A DNA stretch of 64,000 nucleotides. Origin: an uncultured Acidobacteriota bacterium. Lineage in GTDB: Bacteria; Acidobacteriota; Thermoanaerobaculia; Multivoradales; JAHEKO01. The notes under the pieces are model-generated. The model was not told the DNA's origin. It saw only the letters and a list, made by a program, of their open reading frames with translations, and did no database searches. How positions within the stretch are numbered: the stretch's first letter is position 1; the number at the start of each line of letters is the position of its first letter. Shown piece by piece: positions 21,931 through 33,772 of the stretch. The position numbers and the translations under genes were made by a program. Where the stretch lies: NCBI GenBank assembly GCA_963719055.1, contig CAVRAU010000024.1, positions 75,604 to 139,603 of the forward strand. Direction: 5' to 3'.

Positions 21931-23874
21931 ATGACCTCTTCCGAAGTACTCGAGCTCGGCTCCCGAGACCCGCTCCGGCGGACGACCGTCTGGATGCTTC
22001 TCGGATTCCTGCGTCGTCTGGAGCTTTGGGCTTCGCCTCTGGTATGCCACCCCTGATCTCGATTCCACGCGCTTCTGGGACGAGCGCTATGGGCTCGAGA
22101 ACCTGGAACCCCTCCTCAAAGAGGGCCAATTCCGGCCGGTGCACGGGTTTCACCCGGGCTTCTCCTACCTACCGCATGGTCTGATCCTGCAAGACCAGCG
22201 ATCTCTTGTATCAGGCCACCGGCTGGCAGAAGCTGGCCATCTTCGATGCCCGGGGTCGCTACACCCCCACCACCTACATGATCTGCAGGACGATCAGCGT
22301 CCTGTTCGGGACTCTGACCCTGGTACTGCTCTATGCGATCGGCACCCGCCTGGGTGGCAGCCGACTCGGACTCCTGGCCGCCTTCTTTCTGTCGGTCGTG
22401 CCCTGGCATCTCCGCCAATCGGTTCTCTTCAAGGCGGATATCGCCCTGCTGTTCACCATCGTTCTCACTTTCTACCTCAGTCTGCGAGCGATCGAACGGC
22501 CTACGGTGCGCTCGTTCGCCACCACCGGTGTGGCCATCGGGTTGGCCCTTTCCAGCAAGTTCAACGCCGGCCCGGTGGCCGTGCCGCTGACCGTAGGGGC
22601 TTTCCTGAGCCAGGGGTCCAAGCGTCGAGCCTTCTGGTTGCTGGTGGGTGCCGCCTCCGTCAGCGTGGCCGTATTCCTCGCTCTGCAGCCCTTCATCCTC
22701 ATCGATCCCGATATCTACCGTCGTTCCATGGGTTCGACTTCGAGGATCTACGAGAAGTTCGCCGCGCGACAGGGGCATGGCAGGCTCTATCTCTTCTGGC
22801 ACCTCATCGAGACCCTGCTGTCCGGATCATTCCACGGCCCCTTGATCGGCGGTCTCGCCCTGGTCGGTCTGGTTTCTCTGGCGGTGCTTTCTGTCCGACA
22901 TCTTCGCCGATCCAAAGTCGCGCTGCCTTGGCTGATGGTCCTTTCCTACGTCGTCGCCTACACGACTCTCTACGCTGTAGCCACACCTCGGCCCAGTCCC
23001 CATAACTGGCTTCCCATCAGTCCATTCGCAGCTCTGGGGGCTGCCTGGGCAATACTGGCCGGAGGGCTCCTGATCGCGGAGCGGATGGGTATCAAGCGTT
23101 GGCGGCCAGTCGGTGTGACAGCCCTCACGGTCCTCGTCGCAGGGCTGACCTGGCAAGCCTCCAGGTACACGTACCGAGAAACGGTGCCCGGCACCGGCGA
23201 CCGCATCCTGGAGGTGCTCCGAGCCCGGGTCGGCAGGCCGGATGGACGCCATATCTTGACCGAGTACGATTTCGGCAACCTGTTTCAACACCGCCATCGC
23301 CGGGGCCGTCTGGCCATCCAGACCGAGACCGATCTCACCCGTATCGCTCCCAGCTCCCTCAACCAAAGCGACGCCGAGGTCTTCCCCGCCAGCCGGCTCG
23401 AAGACTCCCTTTCGGGTCACTTCTATCGCGACCGCGTGAAGCGGTTCCGGGAAGAGAGTCTCGTGGTCGTGAAACCGCGCCTATTCCGGGCCTGGGGTCC
23501 AACCCTGGTGGCACTGATCCATCCCTGGAAGCCTCTCGGTGAGTCTGCCGGCTCCTTCATCCGCAGCCCGGAGGACCCGCTCGTGTTCGTCGCCCGATTC
23601 CCTATCGAAGAGCGGAGCCGGTCGGCGGCTCTCGATCGTGCTCACGCCGCCGGCGAGGACGAAGGTCTCACAGATCCTGATCGGTGATCAGCCCTTGAGG
23701 TACGTACTCTTTCGAGGACCCCGGAGACGGATGCCGTTGACGACCACTCGATTCGCAGCCGCGCCCGAAATCCGATTGATCATGAAGAAGGCGGCCAACC
23801 GCGATCAGATTCCCTTCACGCTGCGGACCTGGCGCCCGGGTAAGCGTTCCCGAAGCGACTCCAAAAGGCCCTGA
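21931..23874 (+). CDS. GT-C fold glycosyltransferase (ArnT/PMT, family 39-like) (frameshifted)
   Basis: FWDERY loop after TM1, RTISVLFGTLT, KADIALL, GLALSSKFN, many TM helices. The 5' and 3' ends were reconstructed across indels. Confidence 0.7.
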
Positions 23875-23948
23875 GAGGGCCCTGGAGGCACCCCATTTCG
23901 GGATAGTCTCAAGCGGCGAACTCAGTTGCTCCCCGAAAGGAGAAGACC

Positions 23949-26900
23949 TTGTACCCACTTTCCAGAATCCTGCTCACGACTACCGTTGCGGCGCTGGTGG
24001 CTGCTCTACCTCTCCATTCACAAGACAACGGCGAGAGCTCGTCCCTCACCGCCGAGACTTTCAGCGGACTGAAGCTACGCGCCTTGGGACCCGCTTTGAT
24101 GGGTGGCCGTATCGCGGACATCGCGATCAACCCCGAAGACCCCAGCACCTGGTATCTGGCGGTGGGCTCGGGCAATGTCTGGAAGACAGAGAATGCCGGC
24201 ATCACCTGGCGATCCGATCTTCGACGACCAGACTTCGTATTCGGTGGGCTCGGTCGCGCTCGACCCCTCGAACCCCGAGATCGTTTGGGTCGGCACTGGG
24301 GAGAATGTCAGCGGTCGGCATGTGGCCTGGGGCGATGGGGTTTACAAGAGCACCGATGGCGGGGGCAGCTGGCAGCATATGGGGCTCGAGAGCTCCCAGC
24401 ACACAGGCAAGATCCTGGTCGATCCTCGAGATGGCAACGTGGTGTTCGTCGCGGCCGAAGGGCCCCTGTGGTCCGCCGGCGGCGATCGCGGTCTCTTCAA
24501 GAGCACCGACGGCGGGGAGACCTGGAACCCGGTGCTCGCCATCGATGACAACACCGGGGTGACCGACATCGAGATCGACCCCCGGGATCCAGACGTCATG
24601 TATGCCGCCGCTTACCAGCGTCGGCGGACCGTCTGGTCGTCTGCTGGCAGGAGGGCCTGGATCCGGAATCTACAAATCCACCGATGGCGGCGAAACGTGG
24701 GCGGAGCTGGAGAACGGACTTCCCGGCGGGGACATGGGCAAGATCGGTCTGGCGGTCTCACCGGTGAATCCGGACGTGGTCTACGCCACGATCGAGGCCA
24801 ACGATGACGAGAAGGGCTTCTATCGCTCCCTGGACCGCGGCGCCAGCTGGGAGCGCCGCGACGAATACATCTCCAACGGTACCGGACCCCACTACTACCA
24901 GGAGATCGAGGCCTCGCCCCACGACGTCGACACCGTCTACCAGATGGACGTCTTTCTGCATGTCACCCGGGATGGCGGCAAGAGTTTCCAGATCCTCGGG
25001 ACCGGTGGCGAGAAGCACAGCGACAACCACGCTCTGTACATCGATCCTGAAGATCCGGAGCATCTGCTCGCCGGTACGGATGCCAGCCTGTACGAGACTT
25101 TCGACGACGGCAAGAGCTGGCGTCAGATTCCCAATCTGCCCATCTCCCAGTTCTACAAGCTGGCGCTCGACAACGCCGAGCCGTTCTACAACATCCTGGG
25201 CGGAGCTCAGGATTTGGGAACCCTCCTGGGACCTTCCCGGACCACCAATACCGAAGGCGTCCGGAACCTGGACTGGTACGTCCCGCTGGGAGCCGACGGC
25301 TACTCTTGCGCCTTCGATCCGGAGGAGCCGGATCTGATGTATATGGAGATCCAGGTCGGCAATCTCAAACGCTACGACCGGCGGAGCCACGAGATCCTCG
25401 ACATCCAGCCGATTCCAGCACCGGGCGACCCACCCGAGCGTTGGAACTGGGATGCTCCGCTGCTGATCAGCCCGCACTCCAAGACGCGACTCTATTTCGG
25501 ATCCCAACGCCTATGGCGTAGCGAAGACCGGGGGGATTCCTGGACCGCGGTCAGCGGTGATCTGACCCGCAACACGAATCGCTACGAGATGAAGATGCCC
25601 GACCGGGTCAGGAGCGTCGATTCCCTGTACGGCAACACCGCAATGTCCTGGTACGGCACGTTGACCGCCATCTCCGAGTCACCACTGGTCGAGGGGCTGC
25701 TCTATGTGGGCACCGATGATGGGCTGCTGCAGATCAGCGAGGACGCCGGGGCCAACTGGCGCGCCGTGGAAAGTCTACCCGGAGTGCCCGAGCTTTCCTT
25801 CTTCAACGATATCGAGGCCTCGCTGCACGATCCCGATACCGTCTACGCGGCGGTCGACGCCCACAAGGTCGGCGACTTCCGCCCGCTGATCTACAAGAGC
25901 TCGGATCGTGGCCGCACCTGGAGCTCCATCGCCGGAGACCTCCCCGCCGGCGGCATCGTCTGGGCCATCGAGCAGGACCATGTCGATCCGAATCTGCTTT
26001 TCGTCGGCACCGAATTCGGCCTCTTCTTTTCACCCGACCATGGCTCCCAGTGGATCGAGCTCTCGGGCGGGGTACCCACCATTTCCTTCCGAGATATCAA
26101 GATCCAGCGAAGGGAAAACGATCTGGTCGGTGCCACCTTTGGTCGCGGCTTCTACGTTCTGGATGACTACTCCGCGCTGCGAAGCATCGCCGACGGCGTC
26201 CTCGAGCAGAAAGCGACCGTCTTTCCGATTCGCAACGCCTGGTGGTACGTACCGTCGGCGCCAGGGCAAGCACCCGGCATCCCCTCAATGGGGAGCAGCG
26301 AGTTCGTGGCGCCCAATCCGCCCTTTGGGGCCCTGATCACCTATCACCTTCGTGACACCCCCAAGACCTCCAAGGAGAGTCGCAGAGAGCAGGAGAAGAA
26401 GCTCGATGAACAGCAGCAGGACGTTCCGTTTCCAGGCTGGGAGACGCTGCGCGCGGAATCCCTGGAGCAGGGACCGAAGATCCTGTTGACGATTCTCGAC
26501 GAAGCCGGCAACGCCGTTCGTCGGCTCGAAGCGCCCGCGAAGGCTGGCATCCACCGAGTGGCCTGGGATCTGCGGCTGCCGGCACCGAACCCGATCAATC
26601 TGGAGAAGCCCACCTTCAAGCCCCCTTGGGCCGGTGATCCGGAAGGTCCGCTGGCACCTCCGGGTGACTATCGCGTCGAGATGGCGATGCTCTCGGCGGC
26701 GGGCCTCGAAGCCCTTGGCGAGCCCCAGGACTTCCAAGTAGAGGCTTTGCCCACAGCCCTTTTTCCAGAACCCGACTATGCCCAGGTGGCCACCTTTCAA
26801 GAGGAGACGGGTGAGCTGATGCGGCTGGCCATGGGTACTTCCCGGGAGCTGGGGATGGCGGAGGACCGACTGCCGTACCTGAGGCGGGCGCTGTTGGATG

Positions 26901-27244
26901 CTCCGCAAGCCTCCATCGATCTGTTCACCCAGATCGACGATTTGGCGGCGGACCTGGCGGCGGTACGCGTCCGACTGGCGGGCGATCGTATCCGCAATCA
27001 GTGGGAAGAGCCCTCGGTGCCATCGATTCTCGGTCGACTCTGGAAGGTTGCCGGTGGTCACTGGAGTACGCGGCAAGCGCCGACCGCGACGCAGAGGGAA
27101 AGTCTGAGAATCGCCGAGTCCGAGTATGGGGCGGTCAAGGCTGATCTCGAGGCTCTTCTCGAGGAGACGCTGCCCGCCCTGGAAGCGGAGCTCGAAGCCG
27201 CTGGCGCCCCCTGGACACCGGGTCGCCAGCTGCCATCCGAATGA
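23949..27244 (+). CDS. Second secreted BNR/VPS10-like glycosyl hydrolase-family protein (frameshifted)
   Basis: LGPALMGGRIADIAI, Asp-boxes, ERWNWDAPLLISPH, C-terminal AAGAPWTPGR. Clear paralog of 7416-10725. Confidence 0.85.
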
Positions 27245-27257
27245 CGGAGACGCCCCG

Positions 27258-28292
27258 ATGCGCCGTCTCTTAGGGCTGCTGGTCGTCGTCCTGGGCTGCT
27301 GGTTGGTCTGCTGGGGACTCGTATCTTTCGCGGCGCCCAAGCTCGTCGACGGGGTGCTGGCCTACGCCATACCCACGGCCCAGCGAGCAGGCATTACCTT
27401 CGACGCGCTCGAGTTCCGCGACCTCAGGGTATCGCCGACATTGACCCACGCGAGTGCCCACGATGTTTCCGCTGTGTTCGACCTTGCGCCCACCGACGAC
27501 GTCACGCTCAGCTCCACCTTCGAGGCCCAGAGAATCTCCGTGCGGCTGGCCCGGCCCACCCACCTACGTGGTGATCTGACGATCGAGAATTTCGAGATCT
27601 CCTTTCACGAAACCGATCGGCCGCAACGCCTGTTTTTCGATCGCCTGACCCATGCCCACGTGCACATCGAAGATCTGCCCCTGCTGTCGCCCAGATCGGC
27701 GATGCTGGAGATTTTCACGGGTCTCGAAGAACTTTTTCTCAAAAACACTCTGGTGGGCAACTTCGAATTCCGCGGCGAGGCCGTGATCCGTGTCCACGAT
27801 CTGGCGATTCCTGCCGAGCTCTATACGGAGCGCCAGGGAGAACACTCTCGACTTCGCTTCCGACAGGCCGATATCGAGTCCCTGGCCGCGGCGGCGGAGG
27901 TCGACCTCTCCGCGCAACAGCTCGAAATCCTCTCACTCTTCCCTTTGCGGGTACCGTCTCTGATCGAGATTACTCGTCAAGCTCGCAGCTTGTCGACCCA
28001 GCATCCTATAAGCGACAGGTGGTTCCGAGATGCTTTGCGCCATGTTGCTTGGAGCTACCTGCTGACCCGAGAGTTCGGACCCGAGTTTGCCCGGCAGGTC
28101 ACCGACGCCCAGGAAGCCAAGCCTGGGAATACACCCAACGAAAGGTCCATGGACTTCCACAACAACGCAGTGGGACGCCTTTTCGCCGGCGACGGCAGGA
28201 GACTGGCGGACCTGCCAGGGCTGGTCGAATCTCATCCCGATGTCATCCGTCATCCAGATGATGTGACCTCCCGCAGCGAGTTGTGGCGATAG
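27258..28292 (+). CDS. Membrane-anchored hypothetical protein with a C-terminal DALRH...MDxHNNxxGR domain (DUF6973-like)
   Basis: N-terminal hydrophobic anchor; motif DALRHVAWSYLLT...MDFHNNAVGR. Confidence 0.6.
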   Translation: MRRLLGLLVVVLGCWLVCWGLVSFAAPKLVDGVLAYAIPTAQRAGITFDALEFRDLRVSPTLTHASAHDVSAVFDLAPTDDVTLSSTFEAQRISVRLARPTHLRGDLTIENFEISFHETDRPQRLFFDRLTHAHVHIEDLPLLSPRSAMLEIFTGLEELFLKNTLVGNFEFRGEAVIRVHDLAIPAELYTERQGEHSRLRFRQADIESLAAAAEVDLSAQQLEILSLFPLRVPSLIEITRQARSLSTQHPISDRWFRDALRHVAWSYLLTREFGPEFARQVTDAQEAKPGNTPNERSMDFHNNAVGRLFAGDGRRLADLPGLVESHPDVIRHPDDVTSRSELWR

Positions 28293-28359
28293 GAGCTCGA
28301 GTTGAGGAGCTTTCCCTGGCGGTGTCTTCGAGATACAAATAGGGATACGGAGAGACAAG

Positions 28360-30343
28360 ATGGTTGCTGACCGGTGGCGAGAATTCGTCCGACGCTTTCG
28401 TGAAGGCTCCTGCCAGGACTACTCGGAGCACTGGCAGCTCTTTCAGTCGCTGGCACAAACGACACCTGAATCCTCTGGACCGATGCCTGTCTGGTGGCCC
28501 AGCGAGCGCCACCTGGAGTCTTCCAATCTCGCCACTCTTCTGCGCGAAATCGGTGCGGAAGATTACTCTCAGCTTCACCAGTGGTCAGTGGATCATAGGG
28601 AGGACTTCTGGCAATCGGTGATCACCCGGCTGGGTATCCGCTTTCACCAACCCGCCGAACGGGTCCTCGATGTGTCCGCTGGTGTCGAACAACCCAGATG
28701 GCTCCGCGGCGCGCAATACAACATCGTCGACAGCTGTTTTCAAGCTCCGCCCGATGCCCCGGCCATCGTCTTTGCCAGCGAAGCCGATCCCGAGCCACGC
28801 TACGTCAGCTATGGCGATCTCGAGCTGCAGGTCCAGAGCGTCGTCAACGGGCTGAGGGAGAACGGCTTCAAGCGGGACGAGGCCATCGTCCTCTATATGC
28901 CCATGACGGTGGACTGCGTCGCCGCCTACCTCGGGATCATCCGAGCAGGATGCCGGGTCGTATCCGTCGCCGACAGCTTCTCCGCCGCCGAGCTGGCCAA
29001 ACGGATGGAGATCGCCGACTCCTCCACTGTCATCACCTTGGCAAGCTACTCCTGGGCCGGGCGCCGTATCGATCTCTACACAAAGGTGCGACAGGCCGTG
29101 GAGGGTCTACCGAAGGCCGGCGCGCTGCATCGTCATACCGGCGACCGATGGGAACGAGTTGCGGTTGACCGAGGGAGATCTGTCCTGGCGCGACTTTCTC
29201 GGTTCGACCGCGGCGGTGACCAGCGCCCTCGGACGCCCGGATCGCGTCACCAACGTGCTCTTCTCCTCGGGCACCACCGGAACTCCCAAGGCCATCCCCT
29301 GGACCCATCTGACGCCTATCAAGTGCGCTATGGATGCTCATTTCCATCAGGACGTCCAGCCGGGCGATGTGGTCGCCTGGCCCACCAGCATCGGCTGGAT
29401 GATGGGACCATGGCTGATCTATGCCACGCTGCTCAATCGGGCCACCATGGCGCTGTTCCAAGGCGCTCCTCACAGCGAGGGGTTCATCCGCTTCGTCGAG
29501 GCCTCCGGCGTCACCATGTTCGGATTGGTGCCGGCCCTGGTCAGGGCCTGGCGCAGCCGGAATCTGGTCGCCGGCGACTCCTGGCACCAGGTCAGGGTCT
29601 TCAGCTCCACCGGCGAGGTCTCCAATCCAGAGGACTACCTGTGGCTGATGAGCCGTGCCGGGTACCGAGCACCGGTGATCGAATATCTCGGTGGCACCGA
29701 GATCGGCGGGGGCCATGCCACCGGATCGGTGCTGCTGCCGGCCTCCCCTTCCACGTTCTCCACTGCGGCTCTAGGGATCGACTTCGTGATTCTGGACGAG
29801 AGAGGAAGACCGACTGAGAGAGGGGAGCTGGGAGAGTTGTATCTGATACCGCCCTCGATAGGCCTGTCTCAAACGCTCCTCAACAAGGATCACCACGAGA
29901 TCTACTACGCGGGATGCCCCGCCGGCCCCAAGGGTGAAGTCCTGAGACGACACGGCGACGAGTTCATCGAACTTGGCAACGGCTACTTCAAAGCCCAGGG
30001 CCGCACGGATGACACCATGAATCTGGGCGGTATCAAGGTCAGCTCCATCGAGCTCGAGGAGGTCATCAACGAGCACCCGGCGGTCTTCGAGAGTGCCACC
30101 ATAGCGGTGCAGGTGCGGGGAGAGGGAGCGGCAAGCCTGGTGGTTTATGTCGTTCTCGCAGAAGATCAGGAATTGGAATCTCTGTCGCAGGAGTTGGGCC
30201 GCAGGATCGCCACAGAGCTCAACCCGCTCTTCAAGATTCACCAGGTCGTCACCATCGAGGCTCTGCCGAGAACTGTATCCAACAAAGTGATGCGCCGGGA
30301 ATTGCGGGATCTCTTCCTGCAATCCGAACAAGAGAACGAGTGA
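28360..30343 (+). CDS. AMP-binding acyl-CoA synthetase (acetate/acetoacetate-CoA ligase-like; plant AAE17/18-like) (frameshifted)
   Basis: LFSSGTTGTPKAIPW, GGTEIGG, RRHGD, GRTDDTMNLGGIK, PRTVSNKVMRR. One indel near 29125. Confidence 0.85.
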
Positions 30344-30357
30344 GGAGAGTGCCGGTC

Positions 30358-32091
30358 ATGGAAGAACGCCTCAAGGAGCTGGAGCTGCAACTTCGTAGTG
30401 TCGTCGAGCGTCTGACTCGAGTCGAGCAGCGGCTGGACGGACAGGCGAGTGAAGTCGCCGCGCCGGCGATCCCGATCGAGTCTTCGGCGATCGAAGAGGA
30501 AGCACCGCAGACGGTCCTGACCGAAGGCTCCATGTCGAACACCGCCACACACCTTGGCCGGACTCTCCTGATCTTCGGCGGAGCCTATTTCCTTCGAGCT
30601 CTCACAGATTTCGAATTCATACCCCCGACCGCTGGTGTCCTGTTGGGCGCGGCCTACGCCCTTGTCTGGCTCTTCATGGCCGATCGGGCTGGAGGTCATG
30701 AAAGCCAACGAGCCACCGCAGTGTTCTACGGTATCGCTTCGGTTGTCCTGGGGATGCCCCTCCTGGTCGAGGCCGCGACTCGATTTCAGCTCCTCTCAGG
30801 AGGGCAAGCCGCCGCATCGTTGACGGTCTTCTGCGGTCTCGTTCTGGTCGTCGCAGCACGCCGCAACCTGCAGAGCTTGGCCTGGCTTGCGACGCTCTCC
30901 GGGATCCCGACCGCTCTGATCCTGCTGCGCATGACCCATCAAGCAGTGCCGTTTTCGGTCTTCCTCGTCCTGCTGGGTCTGGGATCCCTTTGGGTGGTCT
31001 ACCTCAAGGGCTGGAAAGGGCTGCACTGGCTCGGAGCCATTGGCGCCGATCTCGGGGTCGCCATCGTGGCGCTGCTCGGCACTACAGAGCAGTGGATCAT
31101 GCCGCCCAACGCCGGTTATCTGCTGGGGCTGGCACTGCTGGTCGCCTTTCCCGCGAGCTTCGCCATACGCTCTCACCTTCAGCAGCGGACGATGGGCGCC
31201 TTTGAAGTCGTCCAAGGAATCCTCGTCATTGCCATCGTCTTCTGGGCAGCGAACGTGGCCTCTGCAGCCGAGGGCGGACTGACCACGAGTCTACTGGGAA
31301 TCCTGATGCTGATCATGGGCGTGGGCTCCTACTCCCTCGCCTTTACCCACGGGACCCGCACGACTCGGGGCCGCAATTTCTTCTTCTACACCACCGTGGG
31401 ACTGATTCTGGTGGTCGGCGGAAGTGCTTTGGTGATGCCACCAGGAAAGGCTGCGGCGGCCTGGTCCCTCATGGCAGTCCTGATGGCGTTCTTCAGCGGT
31501 CGATATGCCAGGGTCAGCTTGAGCCTGCAGTGCACGCTTCTGATCTTGGCAGCGGGGGTCGCCTCGGGAATCTTTGCCACGGGATTCCTGGCCTTGACCA
31601 GTAGCGGAACCGAGGCCTGGCCCACCGTCACCGCCTGGCACCTGATCGTCGCCATCGCCACCGTCGCCTGCCTCTTCATCCCGGTGGCGCAACAGTCGGA
31701 GCGCTGGGGAGTCATGGCCGGGCTACCGCAGCTGATCGTGCTGGCGCTCTCGGTCTGGGAAGTCGGCGGTTTGATGGTCGCCTACCTGGCGCCTGCGGTC
31801 GCCGGGGTCCCGGGCCCCGAGGCAGACCTGGGTGCACTGGCGGCCTTGCGGACCGTGGTCCTCACCGTCTCGGCCGTGACGCTGGCCCTGTCGAGCCGGC
31901 ACAAGCGGTGGCCCGAAGCTCGTTGGCTGGTCTATCCGGTGCTCGCCCTCGTCGGCATCAAGCTGATTCTCGAAGACTTCCCCAACGGCCGGCCGTTGAC
32001 GCTGTTCATTGCCCTGGCCTTGGTGGGAGGCGCGCTGATCTTGGTGGCGAAGTTGTTGCGACGCCAGCGGAGTCAACCCGCAGCGACCTAG
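30358..32091 (+). CDS. Polytopic membrane protein (DUF2339-like)
   Basis: N-terminal coiled coil followed by LGRTLLIFGGAYFLRA and many TM helices. Confidence 0.6.
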   Translation: MEERLKELELQLRSVVERLTRVEQRLDGQASEVAAPAIPIESSAIEEEAPQTVLTEGSMSNTATHLGRTLLIFGGAYFLRALTDFEFIPPTAGVLLGAAYALVWLFMADRAGGHESQRATAVFYGIASVVLGMPLLVEAATRFQLLSGGQAAASLTVFCGLVLVVAARRNLQSLAWLATLSGIPTALILLRMTHQAVPFSVFLVLLGLGSLWVVYLKGWKGLHWLGAIGADLGVAIVALLGTTEQWIMPPNAGYLLGLALLVAFPASFAIRSHLQQRTMGAFEVVQGILVIAIVFWAANVASAAEGGLTTSLLGILMLIMGVGSYSLAFTHGTRTTRGRNFFFYTTVGLILVVGGSALVMPPGKAAAAWSLMAVLMAFFSGRYARVSLSLQCTLLILAAGVASGIFATGFLALTSSGTEAWPTVTAWHLIVAIATVACLFIPVAQQSERWGVMAGLPQLIVLALSVWEVGGLMVAYLAPAVAGVPGPEADLGALAALRTVVLTVSAVTLALSSRHKRWPEARWLVYPVLALVGIKLILEDFPNGRPLTLFIALALVGGALILVAKLLRRQRSQPAAT

Positions 32092-32098
32092 CTTCAGG

Positions 32099-33760
32099 TC
32101 AGCTGTGGTCGCCCGCACAGCCAGGATCTACGGAGATCATCTCCAAGACCTCCTGCACGCGTAGCATTCCCGGATAGTCGGCACCAAACCCGTCTGACGG
32201 TGGCGACTCCATCTCTCCGAGAAGCTCGACATAGATCTCGGTGTAGGGCTCCGGGTCGGGCGCCGCGTCCTGGTACCGCTCCCACAGCTCCCCGGTGTCG
32301 TCGACCACCCAGAAAGCGGTGTCAGACCCACAGGGTCGGAATTCACGAACCTCGTGACCCCACACTGCCATTCCCTTCCAGACATCCTGGCTCTTGTCGC
32401 TCGACTGCCCTCCCAGATAGCCCAGCGCACGCAGCTGTTGGACCACCTCTTCATCCAGCTCGGCCTCGGCTCCGGCGCCACCGCTGCGCTTGGAGTCATC
32501 AAGAATCGAGAGGATCTCGTCCCGCATGTCCCCGGCGACATCGGGATGTCGCTCGAGAACATCTTCGAGCTCATGGGGATCCCTGACCAGATCGTAGAGC
32601 TCATCTGCCCCCTCGGTGCGGTGGAAGTACTTCCATTTCCGATTGGTCAAGGAGTACTTCAATCCCGGCTCGTTCACGCGATGTGACTGCTCGGAGAGAA
32701 CGCCTGGGCGAGTGTCGCTGTCGGCAAGCAGATCGATGCCTTCGAACTGCACCCGATCCGCTCCGGAGACAGGAAGCTCGAGCGCGGCAACCAGAGTCGG
32801 CACTACATCCATCAAGGAAGCGAGGGTGGGAACACGGACGCCGCTGGGCCCATTGCCCGCCGGAAACTTGATGATCAGCGGCACGAGTAGCTGCTCGTTG
32901 TGGATCCGCCCGTGGTCCATCCAGTCGTGCTGGCCAAGACCCTCGCCGTGATCGCCAGTCACGACCACCGCAGAGTCTCGCCAGTCGCCGCGGGCTTTCA
33001 GCGCCGCGAAGATCCTACCGATCTGAGAATCCGTGAACAGAATTTCTCCGTCGTAGGCATTGATCTGGTCGTGGAGGTGTCGATCCCGCGATCTCGCAAC
33101 GGCGCGCTCTTGCAGGAACTCGACAAGCGACTCGTCGGTCGTGAAGGCCTCGTCGTACGGCGCCGGCGGCTGACGTGGGCGGTGGGGGTCGAAGAAGTGG
33201 ACCCATAGAAAGAAGGGCCTGGTCCCTGCGGCCTCCAGCCAGCCGACGACTCTGTCGGCAGTGACATCCGCAGAGCGCTCTTTCTCGACGGGTTGATCGA
33301 ACGTGGCAAAACCCCGCTGCAGACCCGTGTGAGCGCGGACCGGCGCTGCGCTGACAAAGGCCGCCGTTGCATAGCCGAGGTCACCGAGCATCTCCGCGAC
33401 CGTACGCAGCCCTGTCTCTTCGCCGAGCACACCGCTGAGATGCTGAAAGTTGCCCTTCAGGCCGTGGGTGGTGGTCCGTGTCGAGGTCATCAGAGAGGCA
33501 TGCGCCGGCAAGGTCGTTGCCATCGTTGTCAGGGCGGTTTCGAACAGCATCGCCTCGCGGGCAAGACCGTCGAGGGTCGGGCTGGTCTCCCTGAAGTATC
33601 GATACGTCGAGAGATGGTCGGCCCGCAGAGTGTCGACGGTAATCAGCACAATCGATGACGGGCTCGCTGGACCGCTCCTGCCACAACTCAGGGCTGCCAA
33701 AGTGAGGCAGATACCAAGGACGCAGTTCGACAAGGTTCGACCGGAAGCTCCTGCTTGCAC
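32099..33760 (-). CDS. Sulfatase-like alkaline-phosphatase-superfamily hydrolase, probable lipoprotein, with a C-terminal extra domain
   Basis: VLITVDTLRADH, TTLPAHAS, WVHFFDPH, YDGEI..TD, GDHGE, LRALGY, then a ~95-aa extension. Confidence 0.85.
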   Translation of the reverse strand: MQAGASGRTLSNCVLGICLTLAALSCGRSGPASPSSIVLITVDTLRADHLSTYRYFRETSPTLDGLAREAMLFETALTTMATTLPAHASLMTSTRTTTHGLKGNFQHLSGVLGEETGLRTVAEMLGDLGYATAAFVSAAPVRAHTGLQRGFATFDQPVEKERSADVTADRVVGWLEAAGTRPFFLWVHFFDPHRPRQPPAPYDEAFTTDESLVEFLQERAVARSRDRHLHDQINAYDGEILFTDSQIGRIFAALKARGDWRDSAVVVTGDHGEGLGQHDWMDHGRIHNEQLLVPLIIKFPAGNGPSGVRVPTLASLMDVVPTLVAALELPVSGADRVQFEGIDLLADSDTRPGVLSEQSHRVNEPGLKYSLTNRKWKYFHRTEGADELYDLVRDPHELEDVLERHPDVAGDMRDEILSILDDSKRSGGAGAEAELDEEVVQQLRALGYLGGQSSDKSQDVWKGMAVWGHEVREFRPCGSDTAFWVVDDTGELWERYQDAAPDPEPYTEIYVELLGEMESPPSDGFGADYPGMLRVQEVLEMISVDPGCAGDHS

Positions 33761-33772
33761 CAGATGATCCTC

